Shown here one piece after another: positions 1 through 24,200 of a DNA stretch of 64,000 nucleotides. A program made the translations under genes and the position numbers. A model generated the notes under the pieces. The model was not told where the DNA came from. It did not search any database and was given only the letters and a program-made list of their open reading frames with translations. Position 1 is the stretch's first letter, and the number at the start of each line of letters is the position of its first letter. The DNA lies in the NCBI GenBank assembly GCA_964035545.1, contig OZ037768.1, forward strand, positions 11,998,741-12,062,740, written 5' to 3'. Origin of the DNA: Bugula neritina (Eukaryota; Animalia; Bryozoa).

Positions 1-10152
<10,152 letters not shown>

Positions 10153-11499
10153 AACAACACCGTAATCCAACACCTGCAAAAAATTTTTGGTATAAGATCA
10201 ACTTGTAAATAAGTTCTTCAGAGCGATAAAAAGACGCACATATCTAAATTAAAAATCATGTAGTAAAAACTATAAATTTGACCTTAAACTAAAGTGGACC
10301 TTATCTATTACATGATCAGCTCTAAGTTTACCTTAGTGTTGCATTTCTTTCTTTCATTTTACTTTTAGTAATTAAAATTAAAATTTTCACATTATCAAAT
10401 TCAATATCAATAAAAAATTAAACATCAATTCAATATGAACACAGTATTAAATTAAGAATAATACACTTTAATAGTATTAGTATTACCAACATCAAGTCAA
10501 ATTACCCGAATTGACCACCAATATAATCATTATTATATTAATATTATTATGAATGTCAATATGTGATGGTAATCAAAATAACAATATGAAACTTTATTTC
10601 AATTTGAAGCTGAATAATAAATTCAAATTCAAATTCTATAACATTACATAAACTAGATAGCTGATGTTTAATATCATATTCATAGACTATAGTAGTAGTA
10701 TTAGTTATAGCCTACTAAATCTAATAACTATAATATTATGATTATCATGATCATCAACTTCAAGTGATCACAATCATAATGATAATGATAATCATCAATA
10801 TGACTATGAGTCTGATATGAGTATCAGACTCAGTATGAGTATTAAATTTTATTTTATATTTATTTTAATTCAGATTGAGATTTACTTTTAGCTTTAATCA
10901 TTTACATTTTGATTTTGATTTTATCATTATCATAATCATTTTGATTTTAATTAGTAAAAATTTAATTACCAATGATTGCGAAGTGAAAGTTTTAGTTAAT
11001 TAATAAGTATTAGTATGTCTAAATCACACTAACACTAACTATTAAGTTATTGTTACTGAGTAACACTAACTACATAATCATAATGACTATGAGTATGAGA
11101 GTATCAGTCTGGCTATGAGTACATTAACGTAAGTCTAAGTCCTAGGCCTAAGGCTAAGGGCTAAGACTAAGAGTAAGACTTACAGTTACTCTTAGTCTTA
11201 CTCTTAGTCTTAAGTCTTAGAGTTAGTCTAAGAGTAAGAGTAAGATAAATATTAATAATAAATTAATAATTAATTAATTTACTATTATAACAATGTCAGT
11301 GTAAGCTAATGTTATGCTTATCACTATCATTATGACTATGCTATAACAATGAATAGTAATACTAATACTAATAAGTAATACTAAGACTAATAGTAATAGT
11401 AATACTAATACTAATATTAATAGTAATAGTCTATAAAGCAATAAAATCTTGAATTTCAAGTTCAAACGGAAATGGATTTATTTTGTATAGCTAAATCCT

Positions 11500-11850
11500 A
11501 TTGGTGTACCTTTCAAAGATGTAACATCTAATGTTATTCAACAAATTGCTTTACAAGTAACGCCTATCTACGTACTTTTTATTGGAAACCTACGGATTTG
11601 CAATAATAATGTTCCGATTTTCTAACGACACCTAATTGTGTACGCTATCGCACGTGTTTTAGCTCACATGAGAATATTGACAGCCCCACTGAGGCTGCCA
11701 GTATGCGAGATGTAAATAAGAAGCCGGCTGTGGTAGACAGGAGATGGTGTCACAACATAGTTTAATCACCACCAGAAAAGCTGCATGACATCAACTATTG
11801 AGTTAATACAGGCGGAATCTCAAGGAATTATGCTAAATTGTTTTAGTCGG
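11500..11850. promoter_or_regulatory. Inferred divergent promoter region for BRPF (-) and ADAMTS (+)
   Basis: Head-to-head genes. Local rise in CpG/GC. Candidate minus-strand donor GAAAG|GTACA near 11508 for the BRPF non-coding first exon. Confidence 0.45.
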
Positions 11851-12256
11851 TGCGAAGTATTTTCAAAACAACATAAAGTTAATGCTAATGTTGTGATTGA
11901 AAGTTAGAGCAAGACTTTAACTTGTACTAAGTTCTACTAACCCGGGACTGACCTGAAAACTCGCTGATACCTTGGTTCACTTCAAATCTCAGTAAAGCGC
12001 AACTCTACAAATTTAAAGGCTAACAAATTATCTAGAAGGAATCTATTTTCTCTAAGGCGTTTGCTAACACAGAACTGGAAATGTTTAAATTTTTCATTTA
12101 ACTCTGTTTACATTAATATATTGGTGTGATGACTTTGGGACTGCAACTTGGATTCTTTTCATTTTCTGGGGCAAAAGCTTTTGGCTTAGCTAATTCCTAA
12201 AATTTTTGCTGAACATATAAGCTTTCAAAACAGTGATAGGTAGCTCAGGAGGTAAA

Positions 12257-15200
12257 ATGCTACTAAATTTGAAACCTTGGTTGCTAACAATTGTTGTTAG
12301 CTTATTTTCTCTTCACACCCACAGCTTTAGTCAAAGTAACTTAGAACCAACGTTCTTTGCAAACACTAAGAGTGCTTTCACCAACAATGGTAAGTGTTTA
12401 TTAAAAATAATTACTGTTGTCACTATTTGTAAAAAGTGTTGTTAAATTACAGATAGAATAGTTATATTATTGATCATGAAACAAGGTAATATATTTGTAC
12501 ATTATTTTGCAGATTGGGAAGAAGAAATCATTACACTGTTGCCTTCCCACCAAGGTCTGGTTAGAACTCGTCGAAATGTAGCTAGCTTCACCACTTCTAT
12601 AGATTCACAAGATATTCAGACTCAGCTTCATGCATTCAAAGAATTATTTCATCTAAATTTTACTTTAGATTCTAGTTATATATCGCCATATCTTATTGTT
12701 CAAAAAGGAAACTCTAGTTGGATTAATACTCTCTATTCTAACAAAACGTCAGATTTTAATGAAAGGACTTGTATATTTACTGGATATGTAAACAATAACC
12801 CAAAGTTTATAGGATCTGCTAACCTGTGCGAACCAGATGGAATGGTAATACTTCCTAGTATCTTCTCACTTTTTAAAACCAAGTCAATACAAGTTTTTGT
12901 GTCATAGGAATTTCTTTACTCGTCTCATATTATATAAAAAAAATTTTAATTTAAAGTTAGACTAATCAACATCCTAGTCTAAATGATCGCGAGTTAATAT
13001 TTTTAAATGTAAACATTGAAAGATTTGCATTTGTTTATTGTGGTAGCTATACATGCAGCTACATCTTATGGGCTACCTGGAACTTTTGGCATCACATGTT
13101 TAATAAACTTTGAGTTTGGTTAGATTTATTCTTCCATCGTATATATGTTTATTTTGTGCCCATGTAAGCTATTAGATTTTAACTACAGCAATGAGCAGTG
13201 ATATAATTACTGACCAATGCATGTACAATTAAATTGAAATATCTGCAGTGTAACAGTGTAATGCTTTTCCCTTTCTGTGATTGACTTCACACCTGCAGCA
13301 ATTGTTTTGTTTTGTTAGAAAGTAAGGCATGTAACAGCTCACGCCCAGCCCATTGATTAGCATAGTTTAGTTCTTGTGTGCATTACATTTCAATAATGTA
13401 TTACAGACTGCAAATTTTGTGCACAAAGATTATGAGTATTACATCACACCTGTAACTGATAGAAATGAGGTAAAAGGCACTCATAGTATTCGAAGAAGGA
13501 TGAAAAGATCTGATGACAATGAAAGATCTAAGCATCATGAATGCGCCACAAACACTACAGGTAGTTATTTATCCATCAGAGCTTACCTTAACAATACTGT
13601 TTATATTTATTACTAAGTTTTAATGTTTCATGCTTTTAAAAAGCATTTCAACTTCTTAAACTCTGCAAGGTGAGTAGTTTTGTGGTGTTTGTAGCAAAGT
13701 ATCACAGAGTCCTAATAATGCAAAGAGGAATAAAGGAGTATTGTTTTTTGTTTTTGTCTTGTGAACAGAGTAGTCTTTGTTCTGCTGCATGATCACTGAC
13801 TGGAAGCATAAAGGGCCTATTTTTACTCATTGCAACAACATGATATCAAATTATCCCAACAGGCATGAATTTCCTTCAACATGCAGTTTATTTGGTAGAC
13901 TCTTTCTTACAGGAAGAGTTGGCAATGCCCTTTCATGTTTGAGCTTGTGCAGCTCTTGACAATAGGGCAAATTTTTAATGATGAAATTATTTACTTTGTA
14001 GTATTTAATCAATAATTGTTGCATAATTTTTATACCAGGCAATATTGTTTGAAAATGGTAGCTATGTGCAACAGAAATTCATTCTCGTAAATGCCTACTC
14101 TGAAAAGGTCAATCTCTGTAAAAACTGATGCTTTTACGTTTTCCTAACTGGTTTTAGCCTACAGTGTTGTACATATTCCATCATCTGTTATAGATATGAG
14201 TGATATAAGTTTGAACTACAAAGCTGTAAATTTATCAAACGCTGCTTCAAGTCAGACTGATGCTAAGCACTCACGAGGCCGCAGATCTATCTCTAGTGAA
14301 CACACTGTTGAGTTGATGATTGTGGCTGACAGTAAAATGGCTGAATACCATGGAGATAAGCTAGAAACTTATGTGCTGTCATTAATTGCGGTGGTAATAT
14401 ATACAATAATCAGGGCTTTATTTTATATGATGTCACTAAGTTTGCACTATTTCATCATTGTTTAAAAGTATAGGCGTGTAAATAGTTTGAATAGTTTATG
14501 CTGTAGCTTTGAGAAATAGAAAACCTGTTTTCAAATAGCATTTTCGGTCTTTTTGTAAAAGATTTCTATTTGGTAAAAAGAACAGTTAATAGTTAAATAT
14601 TTTGTTTTCTAAAGTATGTTGGCTATAAATAAAAAAATAAATACAAACATTTTATTATAAACTATAGCTAAAATATCAGGACTTGTAGTTTTGAGAATAC
14701 AATAAATGGTTCTGTATGCACAATACAAAATGTCCAATTGAATATATTTTTAGACTTCTCGTATATATAAAGATAGCTCTCTGGGAAATTTTGTCAACTT
14801 GGCGTTGGTGAAAATCAGGATAATCACAAATCCACAGGTAGGAGTTTCAGAGTCATTTGATATTTTTATTCACTCTCAATGTAATCACTGGTACTGCACA
14901 CCTACATTAGCACTGTACACCTACGGTAGGTAATTATTAGATAATGTAATTTCCTATTGTCATTATTTATATGCAAAGCGTATAATGCAAAACAGCATTA
15001 GGTCTGTCTTTGGCTTATATCATAGCTTGTTCATTAATTAATAAGTTAACGCATGAATGTCACATGATCTAGTTGCCCTTTATTTTACTGCTTGCTGTTA
15101 TTTGCATTAAAAAGCTGCTTAATTCTTTACTTTAATCAGTAACTATGATTAAAAATACTATTCGTAACATATAGAAAATTAAATAACATTACCCATGTTT

Positions 15201-18200
15201 GTAGAGGTATTTTAATGTAAGCTGTTAGTTTACAATCACCTCTCATTTTGCCATTACCAATTATCAAGTTTTTAAGAATTGGTAATGGCTTACTTCTAAT
15301 GGGAATATTAGCAGCTGTGAAGAGATTTTTCTAAACCAAAGATTTGAGATTTGCCAAACACGTAAAATTTGTGATACGATTCTCGAGCTTGAAATTTAAA
15401 ACGAATCTTATAAAGATTGTGTCATAATGGTCTGGCCAGTATTTAATAAGGCATTGATTGAAAAGTTTAATACATATTTGATTTTATCATAAAATGACCC
15501 TCTCAAGTTGCTGAATAGCATCACGTTATAAAGCCGACTGAAGTATAAATTTGAATGAAATTAATTTGCATCAAATATGCAGGCTTTACGCTTATCTCTT
15601 ACATACCTGCCATATTTATATATGTTTTATTTTAGGAAGGACCAAATATTACTAGTGATGCCCAAGAGTCTCTTGCAAATTTCTGTGAGTGGCAATATAA
15701 TGAGAATGAGTTGGATGATTCAAGTCCTTACCACCACGATACTGCCGTTCTTTTAACTAGGTATGTTGGCCAAAGCTGTCAGTAAGCTATCAAATTGAAT
15801 GACTTTCCCTGAAAAGATTTTTATATTACTGAAAATACATAAGCAGGAGCTCAAGTGTGTTATATAAGCTAACTGCTAATGCCAGCTCTAACATTTGCAG
15901 GGTGAACATATGTAGATCTGAAGGAAAATGCGGAACACTTGGTAAGCTTGTTACAATCTACTACAAATATTTCATAATTAATTATGCAGTGTAGTATTGT
16001 ATATTATGAGGGCAGTGTTTATTAGCTGTTCTTCCAGTCATTCATTAGCAGTTTTTATATAAATTATTAACAGCTGTTATGATGTTTAGATCAGGCTTTT
16101 GTTTCTGCTAGTTATATATTTAAAAAAGTATATATATATTGCTTATATTTTCTTACGCTATATATAACTATGGAACTGTGGCAGTATGCATGTATTACGT
16201 AAATACTGCCCTAGATCTAGTATCTTTTATAACAATTTTTTGCAGGTTTAATTCCTTAGTTTGAGTTCTTGTGTTTCAGCTAAAAGCTTACTCATATCGA
16301 GTGCACAGTAGTTGTTTTATACTTATAATGTGCATTTATAAAACCTTGTGTATACGTAGTTGAGAGCTCTTGTACCGATCTTTACACAGTATTCCTGGTG
16401 CAAGTATACACTGACTTAAAGTCATTATTGTAAATTAACACCTCTAATCTTTCTCAAATATGTCTAACAGCTGCAATATGATGGCTTAGCATCTTGTAAT
16501 GTAAGAAATATAAATCTAACTTTATTGGCACCATTATTCTTGTGAGTTAAATTTAAAAATAAAGAAACTCAGTGCTCTAAGTTGTATTTTCTAATGATTC
16601 ACAATGCAGTCCATTAATTTGACCGAGTATGTAATGCAGCTTACTAGTATCTTCTTATGTCTTCACAGACTGTTGCCAGATGTAGAGTAATCTTTTGCAG
16701 CGGTTATCTACTTATTGTTCTTTCTAGGGCATTGAGTTGATAAATTTTGAATTCATTTATATTGCAACCAAGGTATAATGATTGATATTGTTGATGCAAT
16801 TTGTTTAATGTTTAATTTTTATTTTGCCAAAAGGCCTTGCTGAGCTAGGTACTGTCTGTAACCAAAGAAGAAGTTGTGCAATTATCGAGGACAATGGCCT
16901 TAGCTCTTCATTTACTATTGCTCATGAGATTGGGCATGTGTAAGTAATGACCGTCCTAACTTTAGCTCAGCATATGTCATGCGCACTGACTAATCTATTT
17001 TAATATATGGATAAATTAATAGTTTTCGAATGTTGCTAGTTATATGTATCTGCAATTCTATTGTTTGATAAAAGTTAAATCAGCTGTTACTTTCTTATTG
17101 TTTGTCAAACATCATGCATGCTAATAATATATCAGACTGACTCATCTTTTGCAAAATAATGACATAGAATTAATTTGTTCAATATTGACATTAAAAATGA
17201 AATTTAATTCTAATTTAGGAAATTAAATGTACTATTCAGGTTTGGTGTTCCACACGATGACTCCAACGCCTGCACACGGCAAGTGTTCAACGGCGACACA
17301 GTGAGGAGAAGTGACTACAAAGAGAATCAGTTTCATCTCATGTCCTCCACTTTGGACTACAACTCTCAAACATGGTCTTGGTCTGACTGCAGCAGGCGAT
17401 TTATTACACACTTCCTCGAGTATGATGCCATTAAAGTTTTTATTATCTCTTTCAAAATTAGAAACATTACTATTGACCTCCATGTTTAGCTTTTCAATTC
17501 TAGTTATTAGTTTGAAAGCAGATTCGAAGAGTAGGTATTCTGTATGAAGCAAATTTCTAAACAAAAGCATTGTTTTGACATTCAAATGTGATTTAATCAT
17601 AACCAAAGCCATGCTTATGGTCGATCAAATTGGTATATGTCAACTCTATAGTCAGCCGGCGAATATTCAGTGCCTTCAAGATAAGCCCACTCTACCATTG
17701 AAATTTGATGGAAAACTAGCAGATGACTTTCTGCAAGGAGAGCCTGGAGAAGCTTATAGTAAGAATGTTCAGTGTGAGCTCGTCTATGGGAATGGTGCTA
17801 AGATTTGCCCATATATGGTAAGACAACATTTATTTCATGAAGTTTTTAATACTTTTTTTAAAAATAAGCATGCAAAACATTAAATATTCCTAACTTTTCT
17901 GCTCTAACTTTAAGGAAAGGTTTATGTTTCTTTTCTACTTTGTATATGGCTGTCTTTGCTAATTACTGTATTCTGCATTTAGTTCATTTATATTGCATTT
18001 AAACACTTGCTTGTCTAATAAGGTGCTTGCCATCAATATGTGTGAATTAAGCAAAATACTTTTAAAGTAGTATACATGTATAGGTTTCAAACTTTTTCAG
18101 TCTTTTTTATAATGCGGCATCTCTGAAATTTTATTGCTGCTAATTATTTAGATGCTCAATATAAGTAATTACTCTGCTAATGGCCAAATCCTGCCTTTAT

Positions 18201-21200
18201 AGATTTAAGACAGCAGTTTGAGCCTGTCTGCTCTTTGCAGCTAATTAATGAACTTTAATGGAGAGCCCTAAATACTGTAAATTAGTAGAGTACTACGCTC
18301 TTCTTTGAGGCTGGCTTCCTGCCAAACTGTTTTAAACATGCAGCATACTTAGGGTCTGCTCTGGCTGGCCCATATAATGCCACAGACAAAGCTGTTTAGT
18401 TATGCTATCCAGCCTCTATATAGTCTCTATAGTCTATAGTCTATACTAAAGTGTGTTCTCAATGGCTAGTTGGGCATACAGCAAATAGTATACCGTATTG
18501 CATTATTTTTTAAAACTACATTATAATTTTACATGCACACTGTAACTGTGGAGCGAGTTGGGTATATGTTAGTATCTAGATACCATGTTTATAGTTGAGC
18601 ATTGATTTTATACCATGATAGATGTCGTTGAGTTATTGTACTCTTAGGTAAAATGTTGATATTTTACAAATAATATTAGCTAGAAGTATTTCTTCAAGCA
18701 AAGAAGTTAAAATTTATAAAATTATTTGTTAAAAAAAGTTGTTATAGCATTTTTTAAGCTTTTTACTCCATCAATCAATGAGCTACTATACTTCTCACTG
18801 ATTGGTTTAGCCAAAATTCTAAGAAAATATTTAATACCTTGTGAGTTTTTCCCAGTTACGAATTTTGCTATAGAAATAATACCGTATTTATATATCTGAT
18901 AAGGATAAACTGGTGTAACAAAGGTATATTGTTGTGAAGTAAAACCTGGTCATTTTGTACACCACAGCCAGTATGCAGACGCTTATGGTGCACACTGCCA
19001 GATAATACTGGCTGTAGAACACAGCATATGCCTTGGGCTGATGGCACTCGGTGTGGAGGTCCTGACCAGGTTGGTGTAGCCACAGCTTCCTATCAAACTA
19101 TGTGAATGTCACAGGAGTCAGAAATGCACTGATACTTGGACATTTGTATTGCGTTATTGTCATGTGAATTTTGTATACTATTGCATTATGGTTATGTGGG
19201 TTTTTCTAATAATAAGTTTTTCATTTCATTGGAAGTAAAAAATATCTCCATCCCAGTGCCATGGTTCTTTTAAGGAAAATTCTAGTTATCAATAATATCA
19301 TTTTAGGCAAAATCTCATAATACTTTTTAGATGATACTGTAGAATATATGCTTATATTTATCTAATATGACTGAGCAGGCAATGAAGTTATAAAATATTA
19401 TATTTACTGATAGTGGTGTCAGAGAGGAGTGTGTGAACACAAGTCTCTGCAGCCAGAGCCTACTGACGGCAAGTGGAGTCTCTGGGATAGCTGGTCGGAA
19501 TGCTCCAGAACATGTGGAGGCGGAGTCAAATATTCTGATCGTACTTGTGACAATCCCAGGTTGGTTGCATCAACCTAGCAAACTTACAGATCATTTAATC
19601 TATCAGCCTGTGCAACATTTTGCATTTCTTAGACACTAGTACCGTAAATTAGTGCATCATATCTATTAAATAATGTCTGGAAGCTGTGGCATCATAGCCA
19701 CAACTAGCATCGCTGTATGACTCATCTTCTAATAGCACTACAAGTGTTGGAAAGGCTTGCTAAATGTATTTTTTACTTTCTTTTCTGCAAGCTTATAATT
19801 ATATAATTTTACTTCAATCAAGTTTCAGTAATTTTTTAAATTTGATTTGTTTACAGTTTTTGAGTACTTTGTTCAATAGAATTGTTTGCTTTTTACAGTC
19901 CACAATCTGGTGGAAAGTTCTGTTTGGGCAGAAGAAGAAAGTATCGTTCTTGTAATACTAAGGTAAGAAAAGATGAGCTGATATTTTACTAACTAAACAC
20001 AATTCAAGAACCAATTTACAGTAGACAAGTGTTGGGATAGTTTTGCAGAATGAAAGTTCAACAGTTACTTTTTTCATATTAATTTTCATTTTTAAATGCC
20101 ATGCATGCTCAATTTCCACCTTCAGTTTTCACTGAAGCATGAATTCAAACAGTGAATTATATTTAGCCTTGCCCAACTGGTGCACCGAGTTATAGAGAAA
20201 AGCAATGTGAGGCCTATAATGGGCAGAGATTCAACTACGAAGAAATTCCTGCCAATCCAAAATACACTCCATACTATTCAGAAGGTATTTTTATATGGTA
20301 ACCCAATATCTGTAATACTTAGTGAGCTTTTAATGGAATGGCTACAATAATCTTTGAACACATAAAAATTCATTTAGAAGCAGTAGTGGAGAAATTGAGA
20401 TAGCCTAGGTTCTTTCATTTTTTATTAAATTTTGATTTGGGGTGCAGGTTGAAGTTCTTGCAGGAACATAACTTCTTTTGCTAAATGTCTATTTTAGAAG
20501 AGTCTAGTTGCTCTAAAGCTATGAATACTATTATTATAAACTAGTAACTCTACTGTTTTAGTGCTATCCGAGCAATGTAAGCTATATTGCTCAGTGAGTG
20601 ACCTCAGCACAACTAATTTCTACAAGATGAATGACAAAGTTGAGGATGGAACAAAGTGCACAAAAGATGGTACTGACATTTGTGTGGGAGGAGCTTGCTT
20701 GGTAATGACCTACAAACCATCAACATAATGATATTAGGAATCAACAGAAAGTTTAATGTCTTCACCTACATGTTAGGTCATTGTGTTGTTTACACTGTCA
20801 ACTCCTAATACCATTATTTTATGACTCATAGCCTTTTCACAAACAAAAATTTGCTGCACTTGCAAAATATTTATCCATTGTGCAGTTTGTGCTACTCATT
20901 GGAATGCTGCTTATATATCATGACTGCTACTAATTAAACAAAGCGAGCTAAAATTTCAGTGTATTATACATCTTGTTATTCAAGGCCCGTGTTATCTTGG
21001 CTAATTTAGATGGCATTTATGGGCCCACCAGATTAGATATAAAACCCCCACTGAGCCTATAGTTGAATTCACTAATTAATCTTCAATTCTGCTCTACTTT
21101 CTAGACTGCAGTTGTTGATAAATTGAACTTGGTTAATCTTCTTTGGTTTTTGCCAGGGGTGTTACAGAGTTGTAAATAATAAGATAAATATACTCTAATG

Positions 21201-24200
21201 TAGTTGATGTAGCATCAAATAACTGCAGGGCTCAATAATCAGTAACTGAAGTAAGGGATGAGTCAATTTCAGAAAAGCATGTTGTAATATTTATTTTGGA
21301 AACTTGAAGACTCTACGCTCCAGTTTCTCATAAGCTTTATTATTACATTAAATGTTTTATTAACTCTTTTGACAAATGTTGAAAGCTACTTCAGAAGGAT
21401 TTTTCTACTAATCATAACATCCTAAAGACATTAAAACACAGTCTGCATATACTATGACCTTAGTGCAGTGTCTACACTATCTTCTGATGTATTTGGTAGT
21501 CTGCTGGTTGTGACAACGTGCTAGGATCTGGCCAAAGAGTGGACATGTGTGGTGTTTGTGGTGGAGACAACTCTACATGCCGCCTGTCCAAGGTGTCATA
21601 CAAGGCCTATGTGACAGGGTACATGGCGTATGGGTATAACAGAGTGGCTACTTTGCCTGTCAATTCATCTTCTGTTCAGATAACTCAGACCAGTGTACTG
21701 TACGACAGACCTGATGAGAACTATTTGGCTATGAGGGATAGCAAAGGCACTTATCTATTCAATGGACAGTTTATTGTCATGATGTATGGGTTAGAGGTGA
21801 AGCTTCAAAATGGAGCCACTGTGGAGTTTAGTGGCTCTGAACAAACAATTGAGGAAATTGTGATTAGAGATTTTATTTCTGAAGAACTTACAATAGAAGT
21901 AAGTTTACAGTTTTCCCTCCTCTTTTTGCTTTTATAAACTAACAACTAAGATGCTGTTTTGTTTATATTAGTGTTGATCAGTTACTTCTTATGGGGTTCT
22001 CATAAAAACATTGGTTTAGGCTAAAATATTTTTACCATTAGTAGTTGGATTTGCTCAATGGCTGCTATTTTTATATATGCTTCAAATCATACTAGCATGT
22101 CCCTACCATTAAATTGTTGTCACCCTAATTGTGTATAATATTTTTAGATGGTAATCACATAGCTATTATAATCACTCTAATTTAAGCGTAATGTGAAATA
22201 CAGGTTTCTTGTTTCTTTCCTTAGGCTAGAGCTACCAATAAAACTGCAACCCATTGATTAATATATATTTCGTTATTAGTCTGCAACAGCAAAAATCCTG
22301 TACAACTTTTATCCTCATAACTTGTGGTTTTGTCTGCATGTATTGCCAGGTTCTGTCCGTGGGCTCACTCAGACCGGCCAATGTTTCATACAGCTATGTC
22401 TTGCCTGTCGAAGGAAAGATCTCATTTCAGTGGAGTGTCAACGATTCATGGACTCGGTGCAGTAGTGAGTGTGGAGGTAATTACATTTACGAAATGTAAA
22501 TACACTGTGTAATTATTGTTTACTCTTGTAATTGTTAATTAATTTTCTGATGTAAACAATTATTATCAATTTGCAATCATTTCTATTACCAGTGTGCATG
22601 CTGTTGTAAACTTCATATGATAAAGTTATCATTGTTTGTTTATTATTTTCTAATTCAAATATAATTGAATCTTGTTTACCATATTAATAGACAACTTGTC
22701 ACGATGAGATAGTATTCTGCTTGATTAAACTATTGAAATAGCTGCTTGCTATTGGAAAATATAGACATGCTGTAAGTGGGTTTGAACTCTTGCAGCATTT
22801 ACTCTCATAGCAGTATGAAGTAAGACCTTATACATTGCTTTATCAGGCCAATGTTAGCCTACATACTTTCATAAAATCTTTATAGAGTTTTATTATGTGT
22901 CCTGCTTTTAGTTAAAATGTTTTGGATTTACTTTTACTCTTTGAAAGTTGTGCCTTTAACACTTATTTTCAACTTCAATTGTTCATTTATAATTGGCTCT
23001 AGTGATATTTCAATACTCATAATAATTTTATCAATCATGTTCTAAAATTAATTGGCAAATTTTAGAAGCAAAGCAGTGATATTACTTGAATACAGTACTT
23101 TTACAGGTATAAGATCGCAAGTAACTGTGTGCCTCAGAGATCAAGATAATTTGATAGTGAGTGACGGGAACTGTAAGGATGAGCAGAGGCCAGCTGTTAG
23201 GCAGCAGAAATGTAACTTACATTGTGTATTCAGGTTAGACAGTGTTTACGTATACATGACACATGTACAAACCCATCTTTCTAATACTATCAGCTAATGT
23301 GTAGAAAATAGCATGTGAAAGTTTTATAGCACATCAAAGTGCCTTATATTTTGGAAAACACAGTCATAACATAATAGATAAGTGTGTATATACATTGGTG
23401 ACCTTAATATATTATGAACTGTATAAAAGTGATAAATTTAGGGGTTTGATAGTGGCTGGGGCAGAGCGTATCGTGTTACACTAAGTAAAATAAACACTGA
23501 GAAAGTAGTCATACATTTCAGCTGAGAGATGAGCAGTTTGAGGCCTAGACTATGTTGCCACTGCACTAGATTCACATGGTCGAGTTAGCTTCACTTTAGC
23601 AGCTTGACTTTCCTAAAAATATACAATACTATAATGTTTTCAACACTGTAATTATCGTTTTATTCATGAAATTTGCTAAATTATTCAAATGCTAGTGCCT
23701 CATTAAAAATGTTGATATATTTATTTATTTTATTTATGCTAGTATGCTGATGAAAATAAAAGAAGTGTGTAGCTGCCATTCAGCCACTAGTTATAGTTGT
23801 ATACCTGTATGAATTTACTCTGCGTATATAGTAAGTAGGTATTGTATTGTTACCTATAAGTACTTATCACTAGTTATTTTATATGAAAGTTTCACTTGAA
23901 AATTTGGTGGCTATTTAATAAAAAATAAAAGAACTCCACTATGTTTTATATATGCTACTGTACGTTATGTCATAGTGTTAAGTGGTATTACACTAGTTTA
24001 TGATTTCAGTTGTGGGGGAGACAATTAACCTGAAAACATTGTCAAAAGCAGATATAATTTTTATGAATATCACATAATGCTATAAAGAGATCCGATCTCA
24101 CTACTTCAATGCAGCATGATGCAGCATAATATAACAGTAATGTATTGTGAAATAATCCAACACTATATGATACTTTTACTGCAGATGGAAGACAGAAAGC

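Noticed and set aside
11274-11465. Hydrophobic 63-aa ORF resembling a membrane peptide
   Set aside because: Arises from the low-complexity TAA/TAG/CTA tract in the BRPF first intron.
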